Assembly: GCA_020348925.1 (NCBI GenBank)
Contig: CP070758.1
Span: 1,665,160 to 1,729,159, forward strand
Length of the DNA: 64,000 bases
Reading direction: 5' to 3'
From: Gemmatimonadota bacterium
GTDB lineage: Bacteria; JBHIER01; G020348925
Position 1 is the stretch's first letter. Each line of letters opens with the position of its first letter. Below the pieces are notes generated by a model. The model was given only the letters and a program-made list of their open reading frames with translations, was not told the origin of the DNA and searched no databases. The position numbers and the translations under genes are program-made. Below are positions 1-11,829 of the stretch, piece by piece.

Positions 1-29
1 TCCTTTCGGAGAACGAGATTCAAAAGGGA

Positions 30-788
30 TTGCGGACATCCTTTGTGGGGCGTACCATCTATGCATTCAGAAGGGTGAAGTCCACAAGTGATTTTGCGTT
101 CAGAGTGGCTGAGGAGGGAGCTCTTGAGGGGACAGTGGTGCTTGCCGAAGAACAGACGGCCGGTCGGGGGCGTTTCGGACGCTCGTGGCATTCACCACCT
201 GGTGTCGGTATCTGGTGCTCGGTCGTCCTTCGCCCTAACATGTTCCCCTGGGAGGCCCCGAGAATCACCATGGTGGCCGCATTGGCAGTCGTGCGGGCTG
301 TGCGCAACGAGACAGGCCTGTGCGCAACCTTGAAATGGCCCAACGACGTGCTGATACGTGGCAGAAAGATATGTGGGATTCTGACCGAATTGAGTGCTGA
401 AATCGAATCGATCAATTTTATCATCGTAGGAATAGGGCTCAATGTGAATCAACGGGAAACCCAGTTCCCCTCAACCTTGAGGGGGAGGGCCACGTCGCTT
501 CGAAGCGAATGCGGTCGGGAAGTTTCGAGAATCAGGTTGTTACGATCTTTGTTCTCGGAATTTGAAGAAACATATGGGCACCTGCTCGGAAAGGGGTTCT
601 CTACGCTGCGAGAGGAAATACGGTCGCATTCCACTATCCTGCACAGGACTGTTTCCGTGAGATTGAAAAACCGGGTGTACAAGGGGAGGGCCATTGATAT
701 CGACGAGCGAGGCGGTCTGGTGTTAGAACTTTCCAATGGGAGAATTGAGCACGTTCTTGCTGGAGACGTGAGCGTGGATAAGGATTAG
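30..788 (+). CDS. birA: biotin--[acetyl-CoA-carboxylase] ligase (BirA, short form without N-terminal HTH)
   Basis: Translated ORF carries the BPL motifs TAGRGRFGRSWHSPPG and KWPNDV. Start is TTG. The reading frame stays open to the window edge, so the N-terminus may be truncated. Confidence 0.8.
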   Translation: MRTSFVGRTIYAFRRVKSTSDFAFRVAEEGALEGTVVLAEEQTAGRGRFGRSWHSPPGVGIWCSVVLRPNMFPWEAPRITMVAALAVVRAVRNETGLCATLKWPNDVLIRGRKICGILTELSAEIESINFIIVGIGLNVNQRETQFPSTLRGRATSLRSECGREVSRIRLLRSLFSEFEETYGHLLGKGFSTLREEIRSHSTILHRTVSVRLKNRVYKGRAIDIDERGGLVLELSNGRIEHVLAGDVSVDKD

Positions 789-794
789 GGAACA

Positions 795-1565
795 ATGGTT
801 TTGGCTATCGACATCGGAAATACGCATACTGTTATTGGTATTTTTGAAGAGGGTGCGTTCCGTGGACACTGGCGATTCTTCAGCGATCACACGAGAACAG
901 CCGATGAGTGCGCCCTCCTGCTTCATCAGATTTCGCTTTGGAGCGGTGTCGCATTGGAGGAGATTACGGGGATCGTCATGGCCTCCGTTGTTCCACCTCT
1001 GACACCGGTCTTTGAGGAGATGGTTCAGCGCTATCTGAATCAAAAGCCCATCTTGGTCAGCTCTGATCTTGAGGTGAGCGTTGCGATCGGTTGTGCGGAG
1101 CCGAAGAGGGTGGGGGCCGACCGGATTGCGAATGCCGTGGGAGCCTTTGAGAAATTTGGAGGACCGACTATTGTCGTCGACCTCGGAACGGCGACCACAT
1201 TTGATGTGATCACGAGGGACGGCGTCTACCTCGGTGGTGCGATTGCACCGGGCGTGGAGACGTCGGCCACGATGTTATTTCACAAGACGGCTCAATTGCC
1301 TCGTGTCGAGTTGGCCAAGCCGGAAACCGTCATCGGCAGGACGACCGAGGACAGTCTCCAGGCCGGTATTTTTTACGGGACCGTGGGACAGATTGACGAG
1401 ATCGTCAGGCGGATTGAGATGGAACTGGAGGAAAAGGCGACCGTTGTCGCCACAGGTGGTCTGGCCGAACTCGTCTCTCAAGAAGCGCGCACCATAGAGG
1501 TTGTTGAACCGTATCTTACCCTGGAAGGTTTGTACTGCATATTCAAAAGGCTTCAGGGCCGCTGA
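795..1565 (+). CDS. coaX: type III pantothenate kinase
   Basis: N-terminal LAIDIGNTHT (Bvg accessory factor / CoaX signature), about 256 aa, 6 nt after birA. Confidence 0.85.
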   Translation: MVLAIDIGNTHTVIGIFEEGAFRGHWRFFSDHTRTADECALLLHQISLWSGVALEEITGIVMASVVPPLTPVFEEMVQRYLNQKPILVSSDLEVSVAIGCAEPKRVGADRIANAVGAFEKFGGPTIVVDLGTATTFDVITRDGVYLGGAIAPGVETSATMLFHKTAQLPRVELAKPETVIGRTTEDSLQAGIFYGTVGQIDEIVRRIEMELEEKATVVATGGLAELVSQEARTIEVVEPYLTLEGLYCIFKRLQGR

Positions 1566-1804
1566 GACCCTCGTCCTATCATCGAGAGGGATACGGTAAT
1601 ACTATGACTATGAGTCACTTAACGGCTTGTACATATTGTTGGAGCTGCTCCGTATCTGGGGCATGGTCCTCCTCGGCGGGAGCGGGAATTTCCTGTTGCA
1701 TGAGAAATAATATTTTCATATATTTAAACGCTTAATTTCATTCAGTCATATTCTTTCATTCTATCCAACGTGACCGATATCGTTTATGAAAGGGGGTTGA
1801 GTGT

Positions 1805-3749
<1,945 letters not shown>

Positions 3750-3775
3750 GAAATCAGATCGGAGACGGTTTCAAG

Positions 3776-3809
3776 CCCTCGTAAGACCATCTTGCGAGGG
3801 CTCTTTTGT
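3776..3809 (+). terminator. rho-independent terminator after groEL
   Basis: CCCTCG-loop-CGAGGG stem followed by CTCTTTTGT. Confidence 0.6.
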
Positions 3810-3819
3810 AAAAGTTTCC

Positions 3820-3848
3820 TTGACAATAAAATTGAAATGTGATATATT
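3820..3848 (+). promoter_or_regulatory. sigma70-like promoter for the folB-folK-panBCD string
   Basis: TTGACA, 17-nt spacer, TATATT, about 30 nt upstream of folB. Confidence 0.55.
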
Positions 3849-3875
3849 CGTCACACCAACTTCAGGATAAGGAAC

Positions 3876-4262
3876 GTGAAGAAAAGAGAGACGGTCATAC
3901 GACTCCAGAATATGACATTTTATGGTCACCACGGCGATCGGAAACCGGAACGGGAATTGGGTCAGCGATTCGAGGTGGATGCGGAAATCACCTACGACGC
4001 GACGGAGGCTATCAGAACAAATGGGTTGGGAAAAGCCATTAACTACTGCAAAGTTTTTGAGCTTGTTGAGGATGTCGTCGTCAATAATGAGTACGTGCTG
4101 CGTGAGACGCTGGCGGAGCATATTGCACAAGCTGTCCTGGACCATTTTGATATCATTGGATTACGGCTTCGGGTGCGAAAGCCGAGAGTTCCAATTCGGG
4201 GTAATTTGGATTACGTTGAAGTAGAGATTGAAAGGGAGAAGGGAGCGGTTCCAATCCCATAA
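3876..4262 (+). CDS. folB: dihydroneopterin aldolase
   Basis: 128 aa, FYGHHG...ERELGQ.F.VD motif typical of FolB. Confidence 0.8.
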   Translation: MKKRETVIRLQNMTFYGHHGDRKPERELGQRFEVDAEITYDATEAIRTNGLGKAINYCKVFELVEDVVVNNEYVLRETLAEHIAQAVLDHFDIIGLRLRVRKPRVPIRGNLDYVEVEIEREKGAVPIP

Positions 4263-4270
4263 CCATCTCT

Positions 4271-4798
4271 ATGATCTTTTCATACGTAGGATATGGATCC
4301 AATCTCGGGGACCGTGAGCACAACATACGCTGGGCCCTCAACCTTCTGTCACGGACATCCTCCCTTGACGTATTGAGAACATCGTCTCTGTACGAAACGG
4401 AGCCGGTCGGTCGCGTCGGCGACGACTGGTTTTTGAATGGCGCCATCGAAGTGCGCACCACGTTGAAGCCTTTGGAACTCCTCGCTCTTCTCACAGCCAT
4501 TGAAGAAAAAGTGGGCAGAGACCGTGAGAACCGCAGCGGTCCGCGTACTGTCGATCTCGACATACTCCTCTATGGTGATCGTATCGTGAAGGAGCCTCAA
4601 CTCGTAATACCCCACTCTCACTTAGCACAGCGTTCTTTTGTTCTCATTCCTCTTCTAGAAATTGATTCATCCCTCGTCCACCCCGTCCAAAAGAGACCGT
4701 TGCGTCATCTTTTAGCCGAGATTGAACAACCAAGTGTGGTCCGGTTCTTCAAAAGATTGCCTGTTGAAGAGACCTGTTCAGTGGATTGGTGCTTATGA
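4271..4798 (+). CDS. folK: 2-amino-4-hydroxy-6-hydroxymethyldihydropteridine pyrophosphokinase
   Basis: GSNLGDRE...ETEPVG...RTVDLDIL motifs of HPPK. Confidence 0.85.
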   Translation: MIFSYVGYGSNLGDREHNIRWALNLLSRTSSLDVLRTSSLYETEPVGRVGDDWFLNGAIEVRTTLKPLELLALLTAIEEKVGRDRENRSGPRTVDLDILLYGDRIVKEPQLVIPHSHLAQRSFVLIPLLEIDSSLVHPVQKRPLRHLLAEIEQPSVVRFFKRLPVEETCSVDWCL

Positions 4799-5598
4799 CA
4801 GAGACGCGTGTGACGACCAGCACTCTCATGGACATGAAGAGAGAGGGTGAGAAGATCGCCGTCCTGACTGCCTACGATTTCTTGACGGCCAGGTTCCTCG
4901 ATGAAGCCGGTATCGATATGATCATTGTGGGTGATTCGGTGAGCATGGTTTTTGCCGGTCATGAGACAACGCTTCCCGTGACGATGGATGAGATGCTCTA
5001 TCACACCAAAGCGGTGAGCAGGGGATGCCGGAGACCGCTCATCATCGGGGATATGCCCTTTCTGTCATACCAGACCTGCGTGGAGGATGCCATCCGAAAC
5101 AGTGGCAGGTTCCTGCAGGAGGGAGGAGCACAGGCCGTAAAACTGGAGGGCGGGACGGAAATGGCAGACACCATATCGCGCGTTGTCGAACGAGGCATTC
5201 CGGTTATGGGGCATATTGGTTTGACACCGCAATCCATTCATAAGTTTGGCGGTTATAAGGTTCAAGGGAATACGGAGGATTCGGCGCAGTATCTCTTGAG
5301 CAGCGCCAAAATTTTAGAACAAGCAGGTGTTTTTTCCATGGTGTTGGAGAAAATACCGGCGCACCTGGCGAGGGAGATCACACAAGCTGTCTCGGTGCCG
5401 ACGATTGGTATCGGAGCTGGTGTGCACTGTGACGGTCAGGTGCTCGTGACCCAGGATATGTTGGGAATCTTTGACCTGTTCCAACCAAAGTTTGTGAGAC
5501 GATATGCCGACCTGGCTGAGTCGATGAAAGCGGCCTTTCAAGAGTACATCAAGGATGTGAAAGGTGGGGCGTATCCCTCTGAAGAGGAAAGCTATTAA
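4795..5598 (+). CDS. panB: 3-methyl-2-oxobutanoate hydroxymethyltransferase
   Basis: LTAYD...VGDS..MV..GHETTLPV and KLEGG motifs. ATGA overlap with the folK stop suggests ATG 4795 (the ORF track starts at GTG 4786). Confidence 0.85.
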   Translation: MTETRVTTSTLMDMKREGEKIAVLTAYDFLTARFLDEAGIDMIIVGDSVSMVFAGHETTLPVTMDEMLYHTKAVSRGCRRPLIIGDMPFLSYQTCVEDAIRNSGRFLQEGGAQAVKLEGGTEMADTISRVVERGIPVMGHIGLTPQSIHKFGGYKVQGNTEDSAQYLLSSAKILEQAGVFSMVLEKIPAHLAREITQAVSVPTIGIGAGVHCDGQVLVTQDMLGIFDLFQPKFVRRYADLAESMKAAFQEYIKDVKGGAYPSEEESY

Positions 5599-6444
5599 AT
5601 GCGGACTCTTATCGACATTGTTGAAATGCAGTCGATGGCTGACGGACTTCGAAAACAGGGGAACCGCATCGGGTTCGTGCCAACCATGGGTTTTTTCCAT
5701 GAGGGGCATCTCAGTCTCATGCGCAAAGCCAAAGAGCTCTCCGATGTGGTGGTTGTGAGCCTCTTTGTGAATCCCGCCCAATTTGGCCCTGGCGAAGATT
5801 TTGAAGAATATCCTCGGGACGAAGAGCGGGACAGTATGTTGGCGATGAAGAATGGATGTGATGTTCTCTTTGTACCTGGAGTCGAAGGAATGTATCCGAA
5901 GGGGTATGCCACGTATGTGCAGGTGAATGATCTCTCGACCGTTTTGTGCGGCGCTTCACGGCCTGGTCATTTTCAGGGCGTAACGACTGTCGTCACGAAA
6001 TTGTTCAACATTGTGAAACCGCATGTGGCCATCTTTGGTCAGAAGGATGCGCAACAAGCCATTATTATCAGACGCATAGCTGAAGATTTGAATTATGGTG
6101 TGGACATCGTCATTGCGCCTATCGTGAGAGAATCTGATGGGTTGGCCATGAGCTCACGCAATATGTATCTCAATCGAAAGGAGCGGGCTGAAGCTGTCGT
6201 CTTACATCAATCTCTGTTGGAAGCCGAGAAATTGATCGCGGCGGGTGAGCGCCGGGCGCACGTCATCAGGGAGGCGATGAAAAGTCTCATAACGGCGAAA
6301 GATTCTGCTCGCATAGATTATGTCTCCATCCTTGATGCCGACACCTTACAGCCTCTTGATCTGTTGCAGGGCCGCATCTTGATTGCTCTGGCCGTGCGGT
6401 TCGGAAAAGCACGTTTGATTGATAACACTATCATGACCTGTTAA
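5599..6444 (+). CDS. panC: pantoate--beta-alanine ligase
   Basis: GFVPTMGFFHEGHLSLM (HIGH-like motif), 281 aa. Start codon abuts the panB stop. Confidence 0.9.
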   Translation: MRTLIDIVEMQSMADGLRKQGNRIGFVPTMGFFHEGHLSLMRKAKELSDVVVVSLFVNPAQFGPGEDFEEYPRDEERDSMLAMKNGCDVLFVPGVEGMYPKGYATYVQVNDLSTVLCGASRPGHFQGVTTVVTKLFNIVKPHVAIFGQKDAQQAIIIRRIAEDLNYGVDIVIAPIVRESDGLAMSSRNMYLNRKERAEAVVLHQSLLEAEKLIAAGERRAHVIREAMKSLITAKDSARIDYVSILDADTLQPLDLLQGRILIALAVRFGKARLIDNTIMTC

Positions 6445-6458
6445 AATTTGTACGGAGG

Positions 6459-6812
6459 ATGTCCATGCAGCGTATTCTCTGCAATTCGAAAATTCATGGT
6501 GCGACAATAACGCAAACCAATTTGAACTACGAGGGCAGTATTTCTATCGACGAGACACTCCTAAAAGCTTCTGACATATTACCATACGAAAGAGTTCAAG
6601 TTGTCAACCTGAACAACGGTCAGCGATTTGAAACGTATGTTATTCGAGGGGAGCCGGATTCGTGTGAGATCAGCCTGAATGGTCCGGCAGCGCGTTTGGG
6701 GCAAGTTGGTGATACGGTGCATATCCTATCGTATATCCTCATGGAGGCTGATGAAGCATCGTTTCATGAGCCAAAAATTATCCGTGTCGATCATGAGAAT
6801 CGAATAGGGTGA
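6459..6812 (+). CDS. panD: aspartate 1-decarboxylase
   Basis: 117 aa, KIHGATIT...NYEGSI (pyruvoyl-forming Gly-Ser). Confidence 0.9.
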   Translation: MSMQRILCNSKIHGATITQTNLNYEGSISIDETLLKASDILPYERVQVVNLNNGQRFETYVIRGEPDSCEISLNGPAARLGQVGDTVHILSYILMEADEASFHEPKIIRVDHENRIG

Positions 6813-6975
6813 GGCCAGGGAGCCGTCACGTCCGCCCCACCATTATCCTGAAGGGTCCGGGGCCTTCGAGTGGAAACCTATCTCTTCAATAATCGTTTAT
6901 CTATAAGAAGCATGGAGGGCGAAAGAGACAGACGTCGAGTTCACCCGCCAATGCAAATTTTTGTGCAAAAATTGG

Positions 6976-7003
6976 TTGACTTTTGTTGATAATTTGTTAT
7001 ACT
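6976..7003 (+). promoter_or_regulatory. sigma70-like promoter upstream of the 7051 ORF
   Basis: TTGACT, 16-nt spacer, TATACT. Confidence 0.5.
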
Positions 7004-7050
7004 AAGGGTATGATTGTGGGCAGCGTCCACCTGAAACTGGAGAAATCTGT

Positions 7051-7524
7051 ATGAAGGCGAAAGGTATCATCCTCGGTGTTCTTCTTGTTTTCCTGATACC
7101 GTACCTCCTCGGAGGTCAAGAAAGGAGCAGCGGTCAGACATTCCTGTCGAGGTCGTCGACGGATGACCTTGGTTACGGCCTCTCGCGCGGCTTGAGTTTG
7201 CTCAATCCTGATCGATTTTCAATGTCTCACAGCTACACCATGTCCCTTTTTTCCAGCGGAGGTGAGGGGCACATGGTGGGGCTCTATATGAACACGATGA
7301 AATACCAGTTTTCGAATCCTTTGTTACTCACTGTCCACGTGGGCTATATGCATCAACCGTTTGCCACAGCGCATGCTCGTCGTATGACAGATGCGAACGC
7401 CGTTCTCTCCGGGTTCGAACTGGAGTATCGACCAACCAAGAATTTTTTCCTGAAGGTCGAGTACGGGACGACGCCCGCACTCTACAATTCATACAATCGA
7501 AACGGATTCTGGTATGGCTGGTGA
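7051..7524 (+). CDS. hypothetical secreted protein, small OMP-like (signal peptide, C-terminal Y-G-W)
   Basis: N-terminal hydrophobic signal (ILGVLLVFLIPYLLGG), alternating hydrophobic pattern, C-terminal aromatic residue. No recognisable family. Confidence 0.5.
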   Translation: MKAKGIILGVLLVFLIPYLLGGQERSSGQTFLSRSSTDDLGYGLSRGLSLLNPDRFSMSHSYTMSLFSSGGEGHMVGLYMNTMKYQFSNPLLLTVHVGYMHQPFATAHARRMTDANAVLSGFELEYRPTKNFFLKVEYGTTPALYNSYNRNGFWYGW

Positions 7525-7877
7525 GCCATGCCTCACTCCAGATCCAGAAGCGTTTTCTATGATTGGGCGAATTCATCGAAGCCGCGGATTCATAACACAC
7601 TGTACTTCTTTGGGGGTCACTTTTCTTTTCATTCATGTTCTTGAGTAGAGTAAGCAATTCCCATCATCTTTTCTCGCAGTATACTGCTTTTCATATTTTC
7701 CACCTGGAAAGACTATTTCTCTATATTCTTATTCTTGTCACAAGCCGAAGGATCGTCACTGTGCTTGAATACAGTAACGATTCGTACGATAGGAGGAGAG
7801 AGCTTTTCATTGCGGTACTCTTCGAATGCCAGAAGTACACGTGACGAAAGGGAAACGCGGCTTCTCACAGAAAGAAT

Positions 7878-8411
7878 ATGAAGGGCACATACCGTTCGCG
7901 ACAAACGAAAGGAGGTCGATTTTGGAATAAAGCTATCCAATGGAAGCGGTCGCTCTTAACGGGCATCATTGTTGTCGTCCTTGGTCTTCTTTTTGTCTTG
8001 AATGGTCTCTTCATCTACTCACTCATAACGAAGTTGTTCTCAGTGGAGAAAGGGGTTCCCGGGGAGGAAACACCGCTCGGCGAAGGAGTATTTGAGAGGG
8101 ATCGAACCATACGAGTCGAAGTCCTCAATGGAGCCGGTATCGCGGGACTCGCACAAAGAATGACTGACTTCCTGCGTCGTGAAGGTTTTGACGTCATCGA
8201 TTTCGGAAATGCCGAAACATTTAATTACTATGAAACCGTAGTTCTTGTCAGAAGCGAAGATCGAACTGCGGCCAAGCTCCTGGCCGCAGCTGTCAACACA
8301 ACGAATGTCGTGGAGCAGAAAAACCTTTTCCTAACATTGGATGTCACCCTGATTATCGGACGCGATTACAGGAAATTGCTCCCGTTTCAATCTGAAAGGA
8401 GATGGCAATGA
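7878..8411 (+). CDS. membrane-anchored LytR_C-domain protein
   Basis: One N-terminal TM helix, then a domain resembling the LytR C-terminal region (VEVLNGAGIAGLA...). Overlaps rsfS by 10 nt. Confidence 0.55.
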   Translation: MKGTYRSRQTKGGRFWNKAIQWKRSLLTGIIVVVLGLLFVLNGLFIYSLITKLFSVEKGVPGEETPLGEGVFERDRTIRVEVLNGAGIAGLAQRMTDFLRREGFDVIDFGNAETFNYYETVVLVRSEDRTAAKLLAAAVNTTNVVEQKNLFLTLDVTLIIGRDYRKLLPFQSERRWQ

Positions 8412-8761
8412 TTGCCAATTCTGCCAAGTTTGCCGAACTTTCCACCCAACTGGCTTTATCGAAAAAGGCCGAGGACATAATACTTATGGATGTCCGTAAA
8501 GTCACAAGTGTTGCTGATTTCTTCGTCATATGCAGTGGAAACTCAGATACGCAGATCAAGGCTATTGCCGATGCCATTATTGAAGGTCTTGAAAAGGAGA
8601 ATATGAGCATGTGGCACATGGAAGGATATTCCCACCTGAAATGGGTGCTGTTAGACTATGTCGATTTTGTCGTTCACGTATTTCATAAGGATACGAGAAA
8701 TTATTACGGTTTGGAGCGACTTTGGGGTGATGCAAACATTAGAATAATTGAGACCAATTGA
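8402..8761 (+). CDS. rsfS: ribosome silencing factor RsfS (Iojap family)
   Basis: 119 aa with DIILMDV...DFFVICSG...W..LDY.DFVVHVF pattern. Confidence 0.85.
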   Translation: MAMIANSAKFAELSTQLALSKKAEDIILMDVRKVTSVADFFVICSGNSDTQIKAIADAIIEGLEKENMSMWHMEGYSHLKWVLLDYVDFVVHVFHKDTRNYYGLERLWGDANIRIIETN

Positions 8762-10472
8762 ATATCAAAACCATACCCGTATTAAAGAAAACCATTACGA
8801 CCGAGCGAAAGAGTTTATGCGAGATTATTTAACCAAGTTACTCCTCCAAGGGATCCACCGGATCGATTATATGAAAGGTGTCTCGTTGCCCCATAGTCTC
8901 ATTGAAAGACCGAAGACAGATATGCACGGCGATTATGCCTCAAGCATTGCACTTGCTGTTGCCAGGCAGGTCAAGCGTTCCCCACAAAATATCGCCCGGG
9001 ATATTGTCGCACACCTTCCATCCGATCCGAAATGGATTGATCAGGTGGATATTGTTGCACCGGGTTTTATCAATTTCAGATTAACCAAGCAATGGTTGTG
9101 GCATGCATTGAGAGGCATTCTCGAAGAGGGATCGGTCTATGGCCGGGCCCATCTGGGAGGAGGCAAAAAGGTGCAGCTCGAATTTGTAAGTGCCAATCCG
9201 ACAGGGCCACTCAATGTCGTCAGCGCTCGAGCCGCAGCTGTGGGTGATGCTCTGGCCCATATACTCACCTCGGTTGGCTACAGGGTAGAGAGAGAATATT
9301 ATGTCAATGATGCGGGCAGACAGATGGATCTTCTGGTTGCATCGGTCGATGCTGCTTATCATCGATTGCAGGGGATAGATGTGTCTCCGCCCGAGGGTGG
9401 CTATCATGGAGACTATATTGAGGGTGTCGCCAGAAGAATCCTGGACGAGGATAATGGGAAATACGTGAACATGACGCCCCCGGAACGGCAGGCCACTTTT
9501 CGCGATCTTGTTCTCGAAAAGATACTCGATAATCAGCGAGAATGCCTCAAACGATTTCGACTGCGCTATGATGTGTGGTTTCGTGAGCAGGAGTTACGCG
9601 AGTCCGACGCCTTGGACGATGTGTTATCACGTCTTCGTGATGGAGGCTATGTCTACGAAAACGATGGAGCGACGTGGTTCAGATCGACGGGCTTCGGCGA
9701 TGAGAAGGACCGCGTGTTGGTGACGAGTGATGGCCACCCCACATATTTTCTGTCAGACATTGCCTATCATCGAAACAAGTTTGAGCGGGGCTTTGAATGG
9801 ATCATCGATCTGTGGGGTCCGGATCATCACGGGCATATTACAAGAATGAAGGCGGCCATGGAGGCCCTCGGATACGATCCTGGAGCCTTGGAGTTGAGAA
9901 TCGTACAGCAGGTGAACCTCCTCCAAGCCGGCGAGAAGGCGAAGATGTCGAAACGGGAGGGACGGTTGGTCTCCATGGAGGCGTTCATCGAAGAGGTCGG
10001 GGTTGACGTCGCGCGGTTCTTTTTTCTCATGCGTAAGACAAGTGCACATCTGGACTTCGATATTGATCTCGCCAAACGGCAATCCGAGGAGAACCCTGTC
10101 TATTACATCCAGTATGCCCACGCCAGAATTTGCAGCATCCTGCGCCATGCCGATGAATCGGAAGCAGGCACTGCCAGGGCTGAGGATGTCTCGATGACGC
10201 TTTTGGATACCGAGGAGGAACTTACGCTCGTCAAGAGACTACTGATGTATCCCGAGGTGATCGAGAGATGCGCCGCGAGTCTCGAACCTCAGGGTCTGAC
10301 CGCGTATCTTCAGGAAGTCGCCTCGGATTTTCATCCCTTCTACCATCGTCATCGCGTCGTCACCGAAAACGGTGACTTGACCGCCGCCCGCCTCATGCTG
10401 GTTGAGGCAGTGAAACTCGTTTTAAGGAATGGCCTGTCTTTACTCGGCATTTCTGCACCTGAAAAGATGTAG
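8748..10472 (+). CDS. argS: arginine--tRNA ligase
   Basis: 574 aa with HIGH-like GPDHHGHI, KMSKR and the anticodon-binding C-terminal region. Overlaps rsfS by 14 nt. Confidence 0.9.
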   Translation: MRPIEYQNHTRIKENHYDRAKEFMRDYLTKLLLQGIHRIDYMKGVSLPHSLIERPKTDMHGDYASSIALAVARQVKRSPQNIARDIVAHLPSDPKWIDQVDIVAPGFINFRLTKQWLWHALRGILEEGSVYGRAHLGGGKKVQLEFVSANPTGPLNVVSARAAAVGDALAHILTSVGYRVEREYYVNDAGRQMDLLVASVDAAYHRLQGIDVSPPEGGYHGDYIEGVARRILDEDNGKYVNMTPPERQATFRDLVLEKILDNQRECLKRFRLRYDVWFREQELRESDALDDVLSRLRDGGYVYENDGATWFRSTGFGDEKDRVLVTSDGHPTYFLSDIAYHRNKFERGFEWIIDLWGPDHHGHITRMKAAMEALGYDPGALELRIVQQVNLLQAGEKAKMSKREGRLVSMEAFIEEVGVDVARFFFLMRKTSAHLDFDIDLAKRQSEENPVYYIQYAHARICSILRHADESEAGTARAEDVSMTLLDTEEELTLVKRLLMYPEVIERCAASLEPQGLTAYLQEVASDFHPFYHRHRVVTENGDLTAARLMLVEAVKLVLRNGLSLLGISAPEKM

Positions 10473-10483
10473 GGGAGCGATCA

Positions 10484-11392
10484 TTGAGCATTTTGGTTGT
10501 CGGTTCTGTCGCTTACGATACCATTCGTACACCAACCGGGGAGGTTCAGGATGCGCTCGGTGGTTCGGCCACTTATTTTTCGGCAGCTGCCAGCTTTTTT
10601 GCACCCGTGAAAATAATCGCAGCTATCGGGGATGATTTTTCAAGAGAACAGCTCTCCTTTTTGGGGGAACGCGGAACGGATTTGGATGGCTTGCACATGA
10701 TGCCGGGAAAGACTTTTCGATGGACCGGTGTCTACAATGAAAACATGAACGAGCGACAAACGGTTTGTACGGAATTGAATGTGTTTGAACGCTTTCAACC
10801 GCATCTTTCCGAGGGAGAGACTCACACACCTCTTCTTTTTTTAGCCAATATCGATCCTGATCTTCAGAATCGAATTTTAGATCAAGTGCAGGGCGCGAGA
10901 CTTATTATGAGCAACACCATTCATTTATGGATCGAAAAAAAGCGGGAGACGTTTCTCAGTACGCTTGACCGGGTGACTGTCCTCATGATCAATGATTCAG
11001 AGGCGAGAGCTTTAACGGGCGAGTATAATCTGTTGAAAGCCGGCCGTAGGATTCTTCTTTTCGGACCGAAAGCGGTGCTCATAACAAAGGGTGACAACGG
11101 TGTTCTCATGGTCATGAAGGACTCCGTCTTTACCCTGCCGGCTTACCCCAAGGAGGAGGTCTGCGATCCGACCGGAGCCGGGGACTCCTTCGCCGGAGGA
11201 TTTATGGGGTATGCGGCTCAAGCGAGTGCTTTGAATGAGATGACCTATCGAACGGCTGCCGTGTACGGAAGCATCATGGCCTCTTTTACAATCGAGGCCT
11301 TCGGTGTGGAGAGGCTGAGGGATCTGACCCGCCAGGAGATCGAAAAAAGATATCGGGAGTTTGTCGAGATAACACGGTTTCAGGGGGGATAA
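10484..11392 (+). CDS. PfkB/ribokinase-family sugar kinase
   Basis: N-terminal GG dipeptide region and the C-terminal DPTGAGDSFAGGF motif. 11 nt after argS. Confidence 0.8.
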   Translation: MSILVVGSVAYDTIRTPTGEVQDALGGSATYFSAAASFFAPVKIIAAIGDDFSREQLSFLGERGTDLDGLHMMPGKTFRWTGVYNENMNERQTVCTELNVFERFQPHLSEGETHTPLLFLANIDPDLQNRILDQVQGARLIMSNTIHLWIEKKRETFLSTLDRVTVLMINDSEARALTGEYNLLKAGRRILLFGPKAVLITKGDNGVLMVMKDSVFTLPAYPKEEVCDPTGAGDSFAGGFMGYAAQASALNEMTYRTAAVYGSIMASFTIEAFGVERLRDLTRQEIEKRYREFVEITRFQGG

Positions 11393-11398
11393 GAGGCG

Positions 11399-11818
11399 AT
11401 GGCTGTTTCAACACAAAAAATCATAGTTCAAACAAGGGGGAATACCGACATCGTCGATATCACAGGGCAAGTGGCCGATGCTTTGAGCACAAGTGGATTT
11501 CACAGCGGCATCCTCACCGCTTTCGTTCCGGGGGCCACAGCAGGAGTGACGACGGTTGAGTATGAGCCTGGTTTGCTCAAGGATCTCCCTGAGGCTTTCG
11601 AGAAGTTTGCACCGACCGGAGTGAGGTATCATCATGATGATACCTGGGGTGATGGGAATGGCTCTGCTCACGTCCGATCGGCCTTGCTGGGGACGTCCTT
11701 GACCGTACCTTTTTCCGAGGGCCACATGATTTTAGGGACGTGGCAGCAGATTGTTCTGGTCGATTTCGACAACCGTCAGAGACGTCGTGAAGTGATTGTC
11801 CAGATCGTCGGTGAGTAA
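11399..11818 (+). CDS. yjbQ: YjbQ/UPF0047 family protein (secondary thiamine-phosphate synthase-like)
   Basis: 139 aa, conserved HSGILTAFVPG...HHDDTWGDGNG...HVRSALLG pattern typical of the YjbQ fold. Confidence 0.8.
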   Translation: MAVSTQKIIVQTRGNTDIVDITGQVADALSTSGFHSGILTAFVPGATAGVTTVEYEPGLLKDLPEAFEKFAPTGVRYHHDDTWGDGNGSAHVRSALLGTSLTVPFSEGHMILGTWQQIVLVDFDNRQRRREVIVQIVGE

Positions 11819-11829
11819 AGGAGACAGCG

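Noticed and set aside
1566-1804. CIRCE (HrcA operator) upstream of groES, grpE and dnaJ
   Set aside because: No TTAGCACTC-N9-GAGTGCTAA-like inverted repeat present in any of the three upstream regions.
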